DNA of 63,694 bases, filler included, from Nemertoderma westbladi (GCA_032718475.1; 3 parts of 3 records of this genome joined end to end with filler, not necessarily neighbours in it); one strand, 5' to 3'; shown: positions 36,281-49,473, counted from the whole stretch's first letter. Program-made: numbers and translations. Notes: a model not told the origin generated them from the sequence alone.

Positions 36281-39200
36281 CTATCGATTCTGTTGATGTC
36301 GTCCATGAGGCGTCACTCCCCGGAATCGGCGACGATGTTCCCTGAGCCCCGACTGATTCCCAGCTAGTGCTTCTCCCTCGACCTCGTCCCAATTGTCGTG
36401 CTCCTGTAGTCGCTTCCGCCAACTCTTCCTTCTGAAATTGCACACGCGCTTTTTCCGACGCGCCTTGCGCTGCAATCGCTGTGCCTCTATAATTGAGTGA
36501 TAGTGGTCGTCCTTGACTTGACGCTTGTCTTGGACCTCTCCTCCTGGTTCTCGCCGCGAGCCTTGAGCTCCAGCGGTCGTCGCTGTGGGTGCTGCGGTTC
36601 GCTGTTCCTTGATCCGCTCGGCGGTCAATGACCCCACCGGTACGTGAGTTAATAGGAACTCGTTGTGGTATTGTATAGCCACCATCCTCCAATCTCCTCG
36701 CGCGCGCACCACCTTCATGGTTTCCGAAAATAGACCTTTTGTTATATGGTCGCAAATAGCAACAAAGTTCCAAGTATATTTGTTATCCATATTAAGTTGT
36801 CAAAAATATTCCCGAACAACGATAACTCCAGTGTTCTGCGGAAGATCTTGAGCGGTCAATATTAGCTCCTGATATTGCGGTAATGACTGTAGATACGGCT
36901 TATACGCAACGTGTGATGGGTCTACTGCCCAAAATCCGTATCCTGCCTTAAACGGCAACCAACGCATCTGCGCTTGGATGTGGTAATAGGCCACACCCTC
37001 CCACTTATCTAGCATCTCTCGAAGCAGGTTGGCGCTATGGTTTATGGAATCATCTCGCAGTTGGCATCTCGCGCTACGATGTCCTTTTACCCCACAATAT
37101 CCGCATTGAGAAATGAAGACGGTGCACGTATGAAACGAATGGTCGGTCTCATTACACCAATGGCAGACCTTATGCGCCGCCTCTACTACTGCGTCGCACG
37201 ATTTTTGATTGTGCCTTGTGCTGCCGCACAACTTGCACCTACGCTCTTGTGGAAACCAGGCCCTCTCATATATGAGGTCTCCAATCGGTTTCGCACTTCC
37301 TTCTTTCCCAATGTCTAATACGATGTCGTCCTCTCCGGTCAGAGGTTGTTGTCCGAGTGTTGATCCGGTCGGTCCATTGTGTCCGTTCGGAGTGTTGATC
37401 CGGAACAAAGTAAACATCCTCGCCCTTGTCCTCTATCTCCAATATTTCCTCCCGCGTTCGTTTCGGATATGTCTTCTCCACCGGAAGATCCACTCCGAAT
37501 ACCTCTACTAACGTCTCCGGCCAACCCTCTCTAACAGGTCTATCAGCTTCCAAAGTGGAAGAGAGTACCAAACCCGCGGGTTTGATTCCCAAACCTCTTC
37601 TCCAAGGCCTCTGGCATCGGATACTCCATCGACGGTCGGTCTCCCAAATCTCCGATGTTCTGTCGATATATTCCTTCGAATATCGCTAATCCTCTCCTAA
37701 CCATCGATGTATTCTCTAATGATTGGTTGAAGAACAGGGTTAAGAAACGCTTCATCACGTCGGATTGGATTCCCCCTTTCGAGCGAACGTATTGATCTCC
37801 TCCGAACACCAATGGATGATGCTTCAAAACTCATACAACGATATCCGCTAATAAACAAGTTACCGTGTTCGACTCAAGCACCAAATAATATTGCAACGAC
37901 GCACGGGGTGGCGCGCAAATGTTCCAATACACTAACGCTTGCCGCTTGAAGTGGGATTTGAACTCCGCTCCCGGTGGCGTGTTATATTCACAATACGCCT
38001 CCTCGTATTTCTTTTGCATCTTCAACTTGAAGTCCCAATTATACAACAAATGCGCTATGAAGCCCATACCAGTCTTGGCAGAGTTGGGATACTCCCTATA
38101 AATTCCAATATCCTGTGCCCATAGCAACAATAGCTTGGTGTCGACAAACGGTCTCGGCAATCTGTCCTCCAAATCAGTCATGGCGTTGAAGTCACTTTCC
38201 AAATCGCTCTGGACTCCCGATCCCATCTTGACGTAATCTTGGTTGAGAATCGCCTCTCTAAACTTCTTGGGTAGCATCCTGGTGTCGATACGCTCCGCTC
38301 CGTGCATACCTCCTCGCCTGCATACCTCCAAAATCTGTTCTCTGGGATCCTTCCCTTTTCGATACTGCATCGTTATTATGGGCTCCGGTCTCTCTCGGTC
38401 CGCCCTCACGCGCATAAACACATGAGTCACACCATCAGCCGCGCGAATTTGAATGCACTTGCTAGTTAAACATTCTTGATGGGACCCTCCTTCATTGTCG
38501 TAGAACATCACTCTCCAATCCTGTAGTGAATCCTCCGTCTTCCTCCACTGACGCTGAATCTCGTCGGATGGGGTCCACATGCGCTCGATAGCCTTGTGGT
38601 CATCATATCGGGTGTAAGAACCCTTTCTCCTCAGCCACGCCTGGTCTACCTCCTCGTCGTCTGGGAATGTAGCCACCTCGACCCATACCTTTATGTACTT
38701 ATCCAACCATCCAAACAACTTGCTCTCCTTCCCCGGAGCTCCAATCTTGTCTAGTGTGTCGTAATCCGTGATCTGCATCGGGACGTCACGCAAGAACTTT
38801 GCGCATAAAACTTCCCGTAGACAGTCGACGTTCCAATGATCCGACATCCTCACCATCGGCAAGAATCTAATCGCTTCTCGCGACTCCGGGTGATCTACCA
38901 ATATCGCAGGTTCATTACCGTCGGAATAATACACCGGTTGGGGTTGAGATACGGCCAATGGAACAAATCCGGTCACTCTCCTCGTCTCCTGATGTCTATC
39001 CGCGGTCTTATTATACTCTATGACTCGTTCTTCGAATAATTGTTTCGCCTTCGCCGCTCGCTCCTCCTGCCGCAACGCGTCTATGTCGTCCTGATGCTCA
39101 GGCGTGAGATTTCTCGCTCGGTGAGGCGAAGTAAACGTAGTCCAGGGACTCGAGAGCTCCAAACCCGCGGGGTTGGTACCCGAGTCCCGTGCCGCTTCGC

Positions 39201-39949
39201 GCCGCGCCTCTAGGTCCTTATAGGCTCGGTATAGCGAAATGGCCGCTGCCATCTCTATCAAACTGGGTGTTGAACAGGGTTTAATCTCCGTATACGGATC
39301 TAATGTCGTAACGGTTGGCGTAATGGGTCTCGGAGGTCGCTTTCCGCTAATGTCGATACTGATCATCGGGTTGCTCATTGGGTAACCTCCCTCGTTGTAT
39401 CTAAGGAACTGGTGAGCTTGACATCGCGTTAATATCGGTTCAGGATGTTGCTTGTTCAGTCGGTCGGGAATCGCCACGTCTTGTTTATTCATGCATTCAC
39501 CACATTTGTAGAACAACTTGTATACACTGAAGACCTTTGGCGTCTCTTGATCCTCGCCTCGAGTCCTCCGGTACAGATGCATTCCGTCGAACTGATCTCA
39601 GACTGCAGGCAGAGGTTCATCGTGTCGTAAATACATGTTCATATGGTACAGCCGCGCGATCTCCTCGTCCGGGTATGCACTAATGTCGCATACGTCTAAC
39701 GCAAAGTCATAGGGATAACGAGTGCGATACTCCTTCCGCAAAACTTCCATACGGTCTCCCAACGCCCTCATTCGTTCCCTCCTCAATTCTTTATCATACG
39801 TGGGTTTATACTTCCCATTCAATTCCATTACCGACCTCCCATGGTAGTAAACGTTCGAGTCTTTACACCCGGGTCGGGTCCCATGGTAGTTCCACCTCTT
39901 CTCTGGCAGTAAATCCTCTCCTCAGTTGCGCTCTAATTTCCTTCTCCAT
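36281..39949 (-). pseudogene. Extra ORF of BEL element 2: ~1,200-aa protein with DEDDy (WRN/EXD-like) 3'-5' exonuclease, three CCHC knuckles and a basic tail; disrupted
   Basis: ORF pieces 39828-39598, 39582-37831 and 37827-37543 are in one frame, separated by single TGA codons; 37417-36800 and 36790-36281 likewise; about 3 frameshifts. Motifs FYDNEG, CIQI, LPKKFREAILNQDYVKMGSGVQSD, FVDTKLL, GMGFIA, QYYLVLE; CKLC..H..C, CHWC..H..C, CGYC..H..C. Confidence 0.75.
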
Positions 39950-40679
39950 TATAACCGCGTATATACATATATATATCCCAATAGGTCCGTTACGTAACTA
40001 ATTACACTGTGTGTAAATCAGTTAAATGACGCTGAAGGACAGACCTCCTGAACCCCCCTCCCGCCTTCCAGCAGTTCAGGTTCGACTCTCTAGATCCCGT
40101 CTCATTCCTAACTATCCTCTAACCTATTCCCATGCATAGCGCAAAAACTTTGGAGATAAACTGGCCATGACCAACTCACTTTTTGATGCCCAAACTACTC
40201 CCATTACTCGTACAAAACTACAGTAGTTAGAAAGGACAATAGTCTCTATGCTCGAACATCTCACTTCACTGCAAACTACTGAGTGGGGCTTGTGTACGCC
40301 TCTGGTGCTACTAACCTTTAGCACCTTGGTTGTTGTACTGTTGGCACCAATCTGTGGAAGTTGCTAAACTCAATTTACACTCCTACATAATATAGCCATC
40401 ACCATGGTTTCTAAATGCTATTTTCCAGGCTTCATGAGTTTTCAAATTACTGTATATCTATAGACGAATTCTAAAACGCGTCTACACACAGCGTCTGGAA
40501 TTGTCTTGGGTTCACTTCTAATTTTTTTTTAAATTTTTAATTTTCCAAAAATTTTGAAAATAAAATTTTATTTTGATACCCACCAGACAAATTCTCACGC
40601 AAATCACCGCAATCCCGCTCCTATGCATTTCCTAGTATTTGCATACGAGGAATGCATACGAAGTGAGTTGCGTCCAACA

Positions 40680-43600
40680 CTAATTCCGGTTTGAGGCAGG
40701 AGACAAATTATAATCTCCTGTCTCGATGCGTGTCTCCTCTAATAACACGATATCTTGGACCGGTCGGTCCAAGGTGTGTAAACCATTAGTTTTACACTTC
40801 TTTGGGTGCGGACACTTGCACCTAATTTTCACAGTGACTGTGCGCACTATATTTTGCACGTCTGGGTGTATGTGCAAGATGACACCAGTTTCCCAATATT
40901 TTCTCTTGACAACGGGTTCGGTTATCAATACATAGTCTCCTCTTTGGAGGCTCCGAACCATTTTGTACCACTTCGATCTGGTGGATATGGTGGGAAGATA
41001 ATATTCCCGCCAATATTCCCAGAATATGTACGCGACAAATTGAGTTATTTTCCAGCTCTTACGACTGTATAGGTCGGCACTAATTGGTTCTGATGCCGGC
41101 ACAAGAAATGCTGGACTCTGCATTAGCAAATGATTCGGCGTTAATGCAACACCGTCTGGCAACATAGCTATCGGCCTCGAGTTTAGTGTATGCTCGATTT
41201 CGATGAAAGCTGTGACCAGCTCGTCGTCGGTAAGTTGTTTGTTTACAGGCAATGTCTTAGCAATAGCCTGCTTTATGGAGCGAACCAAACGCTCCCAACT
41301 TCCTCCTCTCCAAGGACTTTCTGGAGTGTTAAATCTCCATTCTACTCTTTGCGGCAAAAGTGCTGCAGAGATTTCTTTATTCTGCGCCGCCCTATGAGCC
41401 GTGTTCAACTCGCTATTCCCTCTGACAAAGTTTGTACCCTTGTCAGAGTAGAACGCCTTTACTAGTCCTCTCCTGGCCATAAATCTCTTTAAGGCCAGGA
41501 GCAGAGATTTGGTCGACATGTCTGCCATGCGCTCGATATGTATGGCTCTACTAGCCATGCATATCAGTAGCAGGCCCCATCGTTTGTGGGTCAGCCGTCC
41601 ACTCTTTGCCTCAATCGGACCAAAGCAGTCCACCCCTGTATTTGTAAAGGGTGCGTCATATGCCTGCACTCTCGCTCCCCGGAGTTCAGCCATCTCCTGT
41701 TCCAATACTCTGGCGTTCACTCTCTTGCAAACCAGACAGGCGTCGTACATAGTACCTACTGCCCTGCTTGGCTGCAATAGAATGAATCGCTGTCTCGCTG
41801 CCGACAAACAGTGTAACTTTCCCACATGATGCAACCTCTTATGTATATCCCATAGAATCGCTCTTTGCAATTCTATTGGGTAACTAGGGATTATCACTGG
41901 GAACCTAAACTGTGAGTTTATGTCGACAGTCTGGATTCTAGATCTATGACAAATCAAACCCTTATGGATTAATGGACTCCATTTTCTAAGGGGTTTATAG
42001 AGAACTGGTCGTTGAGCCGATAATAGATAGAATTCCTTTGGGAAGGCACACATTTGATAATGCTTAAAATGCTTTAATTCCACTTGATCAATCTCATCCT
42101 CTGTCAGAGGTTTTTCAATTTCTGAATTCGCTCACTATTAACGCTCATTTGTTCTCCTAAATGTTCCGAATGTTTTACACAAAGGTACGAAACATATCGG
42201 CTTAACCACGCAGTTCTTTTACAAATTGTCAGCCAAGAGGCAGACGAATTTAGTAATTTGTCATAAATACTGCATGGCTCTAATGCCAGCGACGGTTGTC
42301 CGCTAACTAATGGAAGTTTCGAATCCAAACCCGCAGGTTTGGAAACCAAAGGCTCCATTGTGTCGGTCGTTTTCTGTCCGTCACTTACCAACTGTGACCC
42401 TGATGTAGTCTGTAGGGGTGGTTTTATGTCATAACTTACCCTTCCTGACATAGTAGTCACGTAAGTCTGTAGGTCTGACAGGTCTCTGGGCCGCTCCAAT
42501 GACTCTTCAGGCCGCTCCAATGACTCTTCAGGCCGCTCCAATGACTTGAGTTTGGCTTTCGACTTTGACTTGGAGACTTTCTCCACTTTGACTTCTGCAT
42601 CTTCAGGCATCGGATTGGTCACTGTCTTCAGTCACTCTGGCCAATGTTCCTGTGTCCTCGTTACAAAATCAGGTCCATGCAACCAAAACTCCTGGGACTC
42701 TTCCTGACAGAATTCCGCCAGCATAGCACCTCTCGAAGTTATGTCGGCCGGGTTCAACACTCCCAGAAAATGTCTCCATTGTTCCTTCGTCGAAAAGTCG
42801 ACGATCTGAGTGCGTCTGTTGGCCACAAATGTATTTAGTGCAATATTGTCGGCTGCAATGTATACTAACACTAAGGATGCGTCCGTCCAATAGAATAAGG
42901 TCAATGTCGAGTCTAACTCCTCTATTATCTGCTTACTTACCTCGACTGAGACTACTGCCGCCTGTAACTTTGCACGAGGGACAGTCATGTATTTGACCAG
43001 CATTGTCTTTGATCTAGAAGTCACAAAGGCCGTCTCAAACTTGTCCTGACTTACCTCTCGGCGAAGGTAGGCTACCATACCAAAGCCGGTGTCACTTGCA
43101 TCACTAAATAAATGCAGTTCTAAATCAGCTGGAAATACCAGCTGGTTCGGAAAGTAGGAGCGGGGTACATCTATGTTTTTCAATAGATGCAACTTGGCTT
43201 CCCACTCTGTCCACTGCTTTGCATGTATAGGAGACATTGGTTCATCCCACTCTAAGTCGGACAACCAAATTTTCCTCATACACACTCGTGCCTGTAATAT
43301 TACCAGACTGATAAAGTTCATCGGGTCAAATAGTCTACTCAATGTCGAAAAGCAGATTCTCTTCGTCAAAACCTTGTCTGGACTACTGGGCTCAAACCTA
43401 ACTCTTACCTGGAACTTATCCGTGTTCGGATTCCAAGCGAGTCCCAGTACTCGCGCCATGGGGATGGGTTCTACACCCAACTCAATGTCTCTGCTCCCGC
43501 GATCTTTCACCGAGAACGACTCTAATAGGGCCTCCGAGTTAGTAGTGAACTTGGTCAGAGGAAATCCCCCTGTAGCCAAGCACTCCTGTAGGCCGTGAGC

Positions 43601-46600
43601 CACTTCTATGGCTTGTTCCGCTGTGTCCTTGGACACCAATCTGTCGTCCATATAGAAGTTTCTCAAGATGGACTCGATAACTTCTACTGCATACTTACCA
43701 ATCTGGGCCGTTGCCATTTTCTTTAGAACAAACAGCGTGCCATTTGGACTATCGCGGGCACCAAATATCCTGACATACATTTGGTATGTAACCACTGGGC
43801 CGGATAGGTCTTCATTCTCAAACCAGAGAAATCGAAGACTATCCTGGTCTGCCTTACAGGCTCTTACCTGGTGGAACATCGCCTCGATGTCACAAGTAAA
43901 CGCGAATCGCCGCTGTCTAAAGCGCAACAGTATTCCTAACAAATAATTATTCAGGTTGGGACTGTCCATCAACTCTGAATTCAGGGACATGCCTCTATAG
44001 ACTGCCGTGCAGTCGTTGACTACTCGGACTTTGTTTGGTTTGTCAGGGTGAGTCACATAGTGGTGTGGGAGGTAATAAGTCTGGTCCATCACTAAGTCCG
44101 GGTCCTCTACCTTCCCAGCAAATCCCTTGGCGAAATAGTTGTTGATCTGGGCGCAATACTTCTCCCTAATGTCCGGATTCCTTAACAACCGAGCCCTTAC
44201 TCCGTTTAATCTTTTCAAGGCTAAGTTGTAGTTGTTCTCCAACTTAGGTGGTTGTCGACGCCACAACATTCCAACTTCAAAATGTCCAGTCGGTAGTAGA
44301 CGTATGGTATCTTCCATCATCTCCAGCGACCGTTTCTCATCAGTAGACATGGCTAGGTCATATCCACCGGGTTCCATTGCGTCCCTATCCAGCCATTCGA
44401 CGGTTCTGGCTCCTGTCTCGAGGTCCTGGCGTATCAATTCCTTCTGTAGCTCCTCCTCACTGTATTGGAAAATGTCTAGGTCTCGATATTTAGCCACTTG
44501 ACCCTCCACTATATCTGTATAAGTCAAAACGTTACTCAGATAAGTAGCGTGGGCCGCTGAACCAGACCCACGGGTCTGATAACAGTAGTCCTCGGGTTCA
44601 CTATCTGTCCGGTCGTTGTGGAGTGGTTCCGACAACCTAACATTATCGGGAATCAACTCCTCGTCCGACTCGCTAAAGTCACTATAGTGGTCAATACAGG
44701 TTCTCCTAAACTCGTCTATGTCTGGTGGTTCTACTGACGGTGGTTGAGTTATAGGCTGTAATTCGTCGTATCTGTCTATTGGCTTGTCGCCACCTGTAAA
44801 CTCATAAGACATGGGTACTCGTGTATACCAACCTAGTATAGTCCTATGGGCATGTGGTCCGTTGACATGCGGCTCAGCTGGTCTCGTTTCCCATATTTGG
44901 TGTGCGATCAGCTGTTCTGCACCAATTAACATAGATACATTCCTATAACCTACCTGGTGTTTCGGTACTCTGAGCTTGTCAAAATACTCCTGTGCTATGG
45001 GACTCATCGGCGGCACCTTACCTAACTGCCTGCCGAACCCTTTCATAGCTAGACTCTTAAATCACAAGCTTAAAGCAGCGCTCTCCGTTCTTGTCGAGTG
45101 TGCTGGTCTCTCGGGAGTAGGGAGTCTAGTTCTACCGAAATTCTGTGTCCCTTGAGGTCCCCTACCCCGTGCATGGACTTTAACTCTATTTGGATATCCT
45201 CAGCGTCCTGGAAGCTGGAAACGGCTCTCGCCACTTCCTCGTCGATATAAGATAATGTGGACGCAGTGTCCAACATCACATATATTCTCTTTGATCACTT
45301 ATCTCCAGTAAGTTTCACCGGAATCACGCTGAATATTTCCGACGAGGCCGATGATAAATACGTCCGCGCGCTGGTCCATGAACTATCCGCGGTGAAACCT
45401 TGGCAGGTCACTTCTCTCACGCTCGCCTCGCCATCCTCGTCCGACGAACCTGGTTGATAACCATCGTCCTGAATGCCGTTGTACGTATTTCTTGTTATCG
45501 ATACGGGATCTCTGCTCCCCTTCCTTTGAGGATTTCTCTGTAAGTAACGGTCCGTTGGGGTATGGAAATCCGCATGTAGCAACTTGTGATATAATCTGCC
45601 GCATTCCTGCATCCGTCCTTGCTGTTCGGGCACTGCCGCCGTACATGACCTGGCGCAAGACATGCCCATCAGGTGTCCAACGTCCGCACTTGAACTCTTC
45701 TCTGTTCCGAAGTTAATTCTTTGAACCGTCTGCAACTGTCTAACTTATGTTTATCAGATCTTACCTACTTTAGTAAGCACAATTGGCAACCTACAAATCC
45801 ATCCGGCAACTCCTGTTGCCTTAACTTAGGTCTATCTGACCGCTCACCTGACCATACTCGCGAGTCTGATCTAAAGGCAGGGGTACTCGAATTATATCTG
45901 TCTACTGAGTTAAAAGTCACAGTGGTTCTGTCATCGTCAAAACTTACCATTGACTTACCGGTAACAGGTTTAGACTCCCTCATATTCTCCTCTGAGAAGT
46001 TTGATTTCATCTCTGCTACTGCGTCTGTGGCTATCATGTCATGGATGTGTTGAAGTGTCAATACTTTACCTTGACCCTCTAACTTATTCTCTAATTTGCG
46101 CCATTTCTGTCGGTAACGCATGTTTAAACGTCTTATTATGCTCTTCAAAACTTCGGCGTGATCACCATGATGAGGTAGATTCACTGTCCTCAAGATGTCT
46201 AATGCGTTCGAAATAGCGTTCGCTAAGTTCAACAGCTCTAACGGAGTTGTAATCCTTCCGCCCTTACCCAAGTCTTCCACTATTGACTGTGCCATCTTGG
46301 TTTTATTCCCGAAGATGTCGCTAAGCATCTTCATTGCCAACTCAAATGCTCTTTCATTGCCGACGAAGTTGTCAGCAATGGCTCTAGGTTCTCGATGGAG
46401 CATCTGAAGCAGATAGTTGAACTTCTCGTTGGGAGTAAAGGTGCTGTTGGTCAGCTGTTCGTCGACATAGGTTTTGAATGTCCTCCAATGTTTATGGTTA
46501 CCCATAAACTTCTGGGGTTGTTGCGTCGGCAGTCCTTGCCTAGCGGAAAACTTACCTATGTCTCTAAGGGTTGCGTCGTTCCGGGTTAACAAATGGTTTA

Positions 46601-48292
46601 GTTCTGCAGGGTTATTAAGTCTGGTCCTTTCCCGGTGGTTCAAACTTACCTGCTCCGCATCGGTCCTTCTTTCCTTATAGTTTCGGTTCTGACGTCTCAT
46701 GTCTTCCTCTTCATCGCTTGAGTCTGTGTCAGTCCTTAACACTCGCGTTGGTTTGCATGCCGAGGCCCAGACCCAGGCTTCTTGTATAAATCTTTCTGCC
46801 GAATTCTCGAAGTTGGGATTATGAATCGTAGGGACAGGCGCTCTTACCTGAGGTCTATGTGGTATAGTTGCCTCTGATATGCATACTTGTTGACTAGGTT
46901 GGACTTTATCTAACTCAGGCCTGCTAGGATTAGAATTACTTCTTACCTGGGCTGCTTCCTTTAACTGTAGGTTACTAAGCATGTCCGTTATAGGTTGGAT
47001 GTGCGGCGATATAGCTTGCGCTAAACTAGCACTTAACTCATCCCTCGTAATAAATTCCTGGCTAGGGTTCTGTTGTATAGTCGGCTCTATCTGAGTAATC
47101 CACTGTCTCTCATATGATCCCTCTCCTGGTTTAACCCGGAAGTTCTCCATCGAACTGGGTCGGCGCTCTGTCCGCGTATTCCAAACCCGCGGGTTCGGTT
47201 CGCGCAATACTCGGCCTGTCGGAGTTTCTCCTCTAAACTCTTCGTTCGCTCGTTCAGTATGTAGTAGTGCGGTGTCCTGATGACGTGGATCCTGCGCGAT
47301 GGGTGAAGCACTAATACCAACTGGCGTGCGATATTTAGAGAACGGTTTAGCGATCCGAGTACTCGTAATAGCTGGACCGGGTATAGGAATTCTGGTCGTC
47401 GTCGACTCGCGTATAGTCGGAGTTCTCGCTTCCTGTTCGGCTTTCTGCAGTGCGAACAGTTCTCGCAACTCGGTACCTACACTCGTCCCACATTCTTTGA
47501 TTATTCGCATCCCCTTCTCGGCGATTTCATTCGCCTTCCTAGTCCGTTCTTCGCTCTCTAAATTTAATCTCGCAATTTCCAACTGCGCCAGTTTACGTTC
47601 TTCTTCTTCCCTCACTCGTCTCGCTGCGCTCTCTTCTTCCACACGCGCCTTCTCTTCATACAACGCCCGTCGCTCCTTCTCAATCTCGAGTTTGCGTTCC
47701 TTCTGTTCGCGTTCAAGTTGGAGTTCACGTTCCTTGCGCTCGCGTTCCGCTTGCTCATGCTTACTTATTTCCTCCAACTCTCGCAACTTTGCGTCTAACT
47801 TCCGTGTGTGCTCCCGTTCTCACTCAGCTTCCTTCCGTGCTTCCGATGCACGCAAAACTTCCGCCTGTTGTTCATCCAGTCGGCATCTTCTCTCCTCCGC
47901 CGAGTTGTGAGAAACAAGGGATCTAGCACATATAACTTTCCCTCGCGCGTGACTAACCTGGGAATCGCCACTATCTCTAGATGCATCGTCGGGTGGAGTC
48001 AACATCCGGCACTCGCTTCTGCTACACTACCCTCCCTATCACTCACCTCTGGCCGGGCTGCTATACAATCCTTCCTTACATTAGTGGTAGGGGATCCTAA
48101 TACTATTACTTGAGGTCCTTGTTCTTCCTCACTAGTTACTGTCTCGTCCTCCTGTTCACTTACGTCAGCGTCGCTCGCTGCGTCGTCATAGTCGGCATTG
48201 TCGTTAACAGTAATATTAACGCTATCGTCAGTCGGCGGTCCAGCCGCCGTCTCATAGCTGTCCTCTAGTGCCTCCTTCTCTGAGACACTCAT
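40680..48292 (-). pseudogene. BEL/Pao gag-pro-pol polyprotein (disrupted)
   Basis: Gag DUF1759-like FMGNHKHWRTF...EKFNYL; protease MLDTAST; RT YYLPHH, DIEAMFHQV, FGARDSP, FYMDD; RNase H LHLFSDAS, WTDA, NPAD; integrase HHCC, DCFGP, SDKGTNF, GGSWERLV; several stops and frameshifts. Confidence 0.95.
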
Positions 48293-49473
48293 AGTCTAAA
48301 TAATATTTTGTCTTCCGGCTAAAATCTCACAAAATTCGAGATATATATATAATTTAATCGAAAATACGATTAAATTATTTGTCAAATAATTGGTTGGTCC
48401 CAAAATGTCAAATAAATTCGCAATACAATATTGTGAATTTAATAGGATATGCTTATAGCAAATACCAGTACAATATTTAAACAAAAATATTATTCTATAG
48501 CTATTATATAGCATTTAAATACCGGTATGACACAAAATAATTTCTGAATCTAATTCAAAATATTCAAAAATGAACTTGCCACCCAAATATTTCTAATTTT
48601 ACATATATAGCTCTAATCAACACAATTTTAATTTCAAATATTATATGTATCCACTAGCGCGTGGCTACACCTTCGGGTTGCGACTCTCTCTCTCTCTCTC
48701 TCTCTAACTTGAGCGATTCAAAAAAACCATGGCCGGCTAAACCTAACTATCCTAACTAATAAATTGAGTTCAGCTTCGCAGTTAAACAACCGGTAATTTT
48801 TTACTGCTTCCACAAACACAATGGTGCCAACAGAACAACTAACCTTGTTTGCTGTGAGATTCCACGTCCGCGTCCAAAGTTTCAGGCTCTTCGCTGATTG
48901 CAAACCGAACCCGCAGACCCACACGAACCCCAAACGCAGTAGCTCCATCTTGCCATGTATCTTCAGATGGTATAAAACAACTAAGCGGTTATCTAACATA
49001 CTGGTACAAAACTCTAGATTTTATTATAAAATAATTTTGACCAAAACTGAATTTTCACAAACCTAGCTAAAATTTTCAAAAACTTACTAATTACAGCTTG
49101 CCCTAACGGCCTAATGAACTGCTGTATTTGCGATTAGTAAATGCACTACCGTACATTCACTATTACGCAGTACAGTAAGTAAAACAGTACACTAACCTAA
49201 CAGCCTAACGAATACTGTATGTGGTACAGCAAAACAAATATCTTTTCTACCGTACACAGTAACAGCAATCAGCCCAATACACTACTGTACTACTGTATTG
49301 CGACTAGTGAATACAGTAATCTAACCTAACAGCCTAATGAATACACTATGTCTTACTGTACGCAGTACAGCAAAACCAAATATCGTACTTCACTGTACGC
49401 AGTACAGTGATCCTACTTAACAGCCTAAAAAATATACTCTTTACTGTTGCAAGCAACAGCAAACGTACTTCAC

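Noticed and set aside
36281-39949. Extra ORF as an envelope glycoprotein or a second nested gag
   Set aside because: No signal peptide, transmembrane helix or glycoprotein Cys pattern. Knuckles are not followed by protease or RT, and I saw no separate LTRs or TSD around it.
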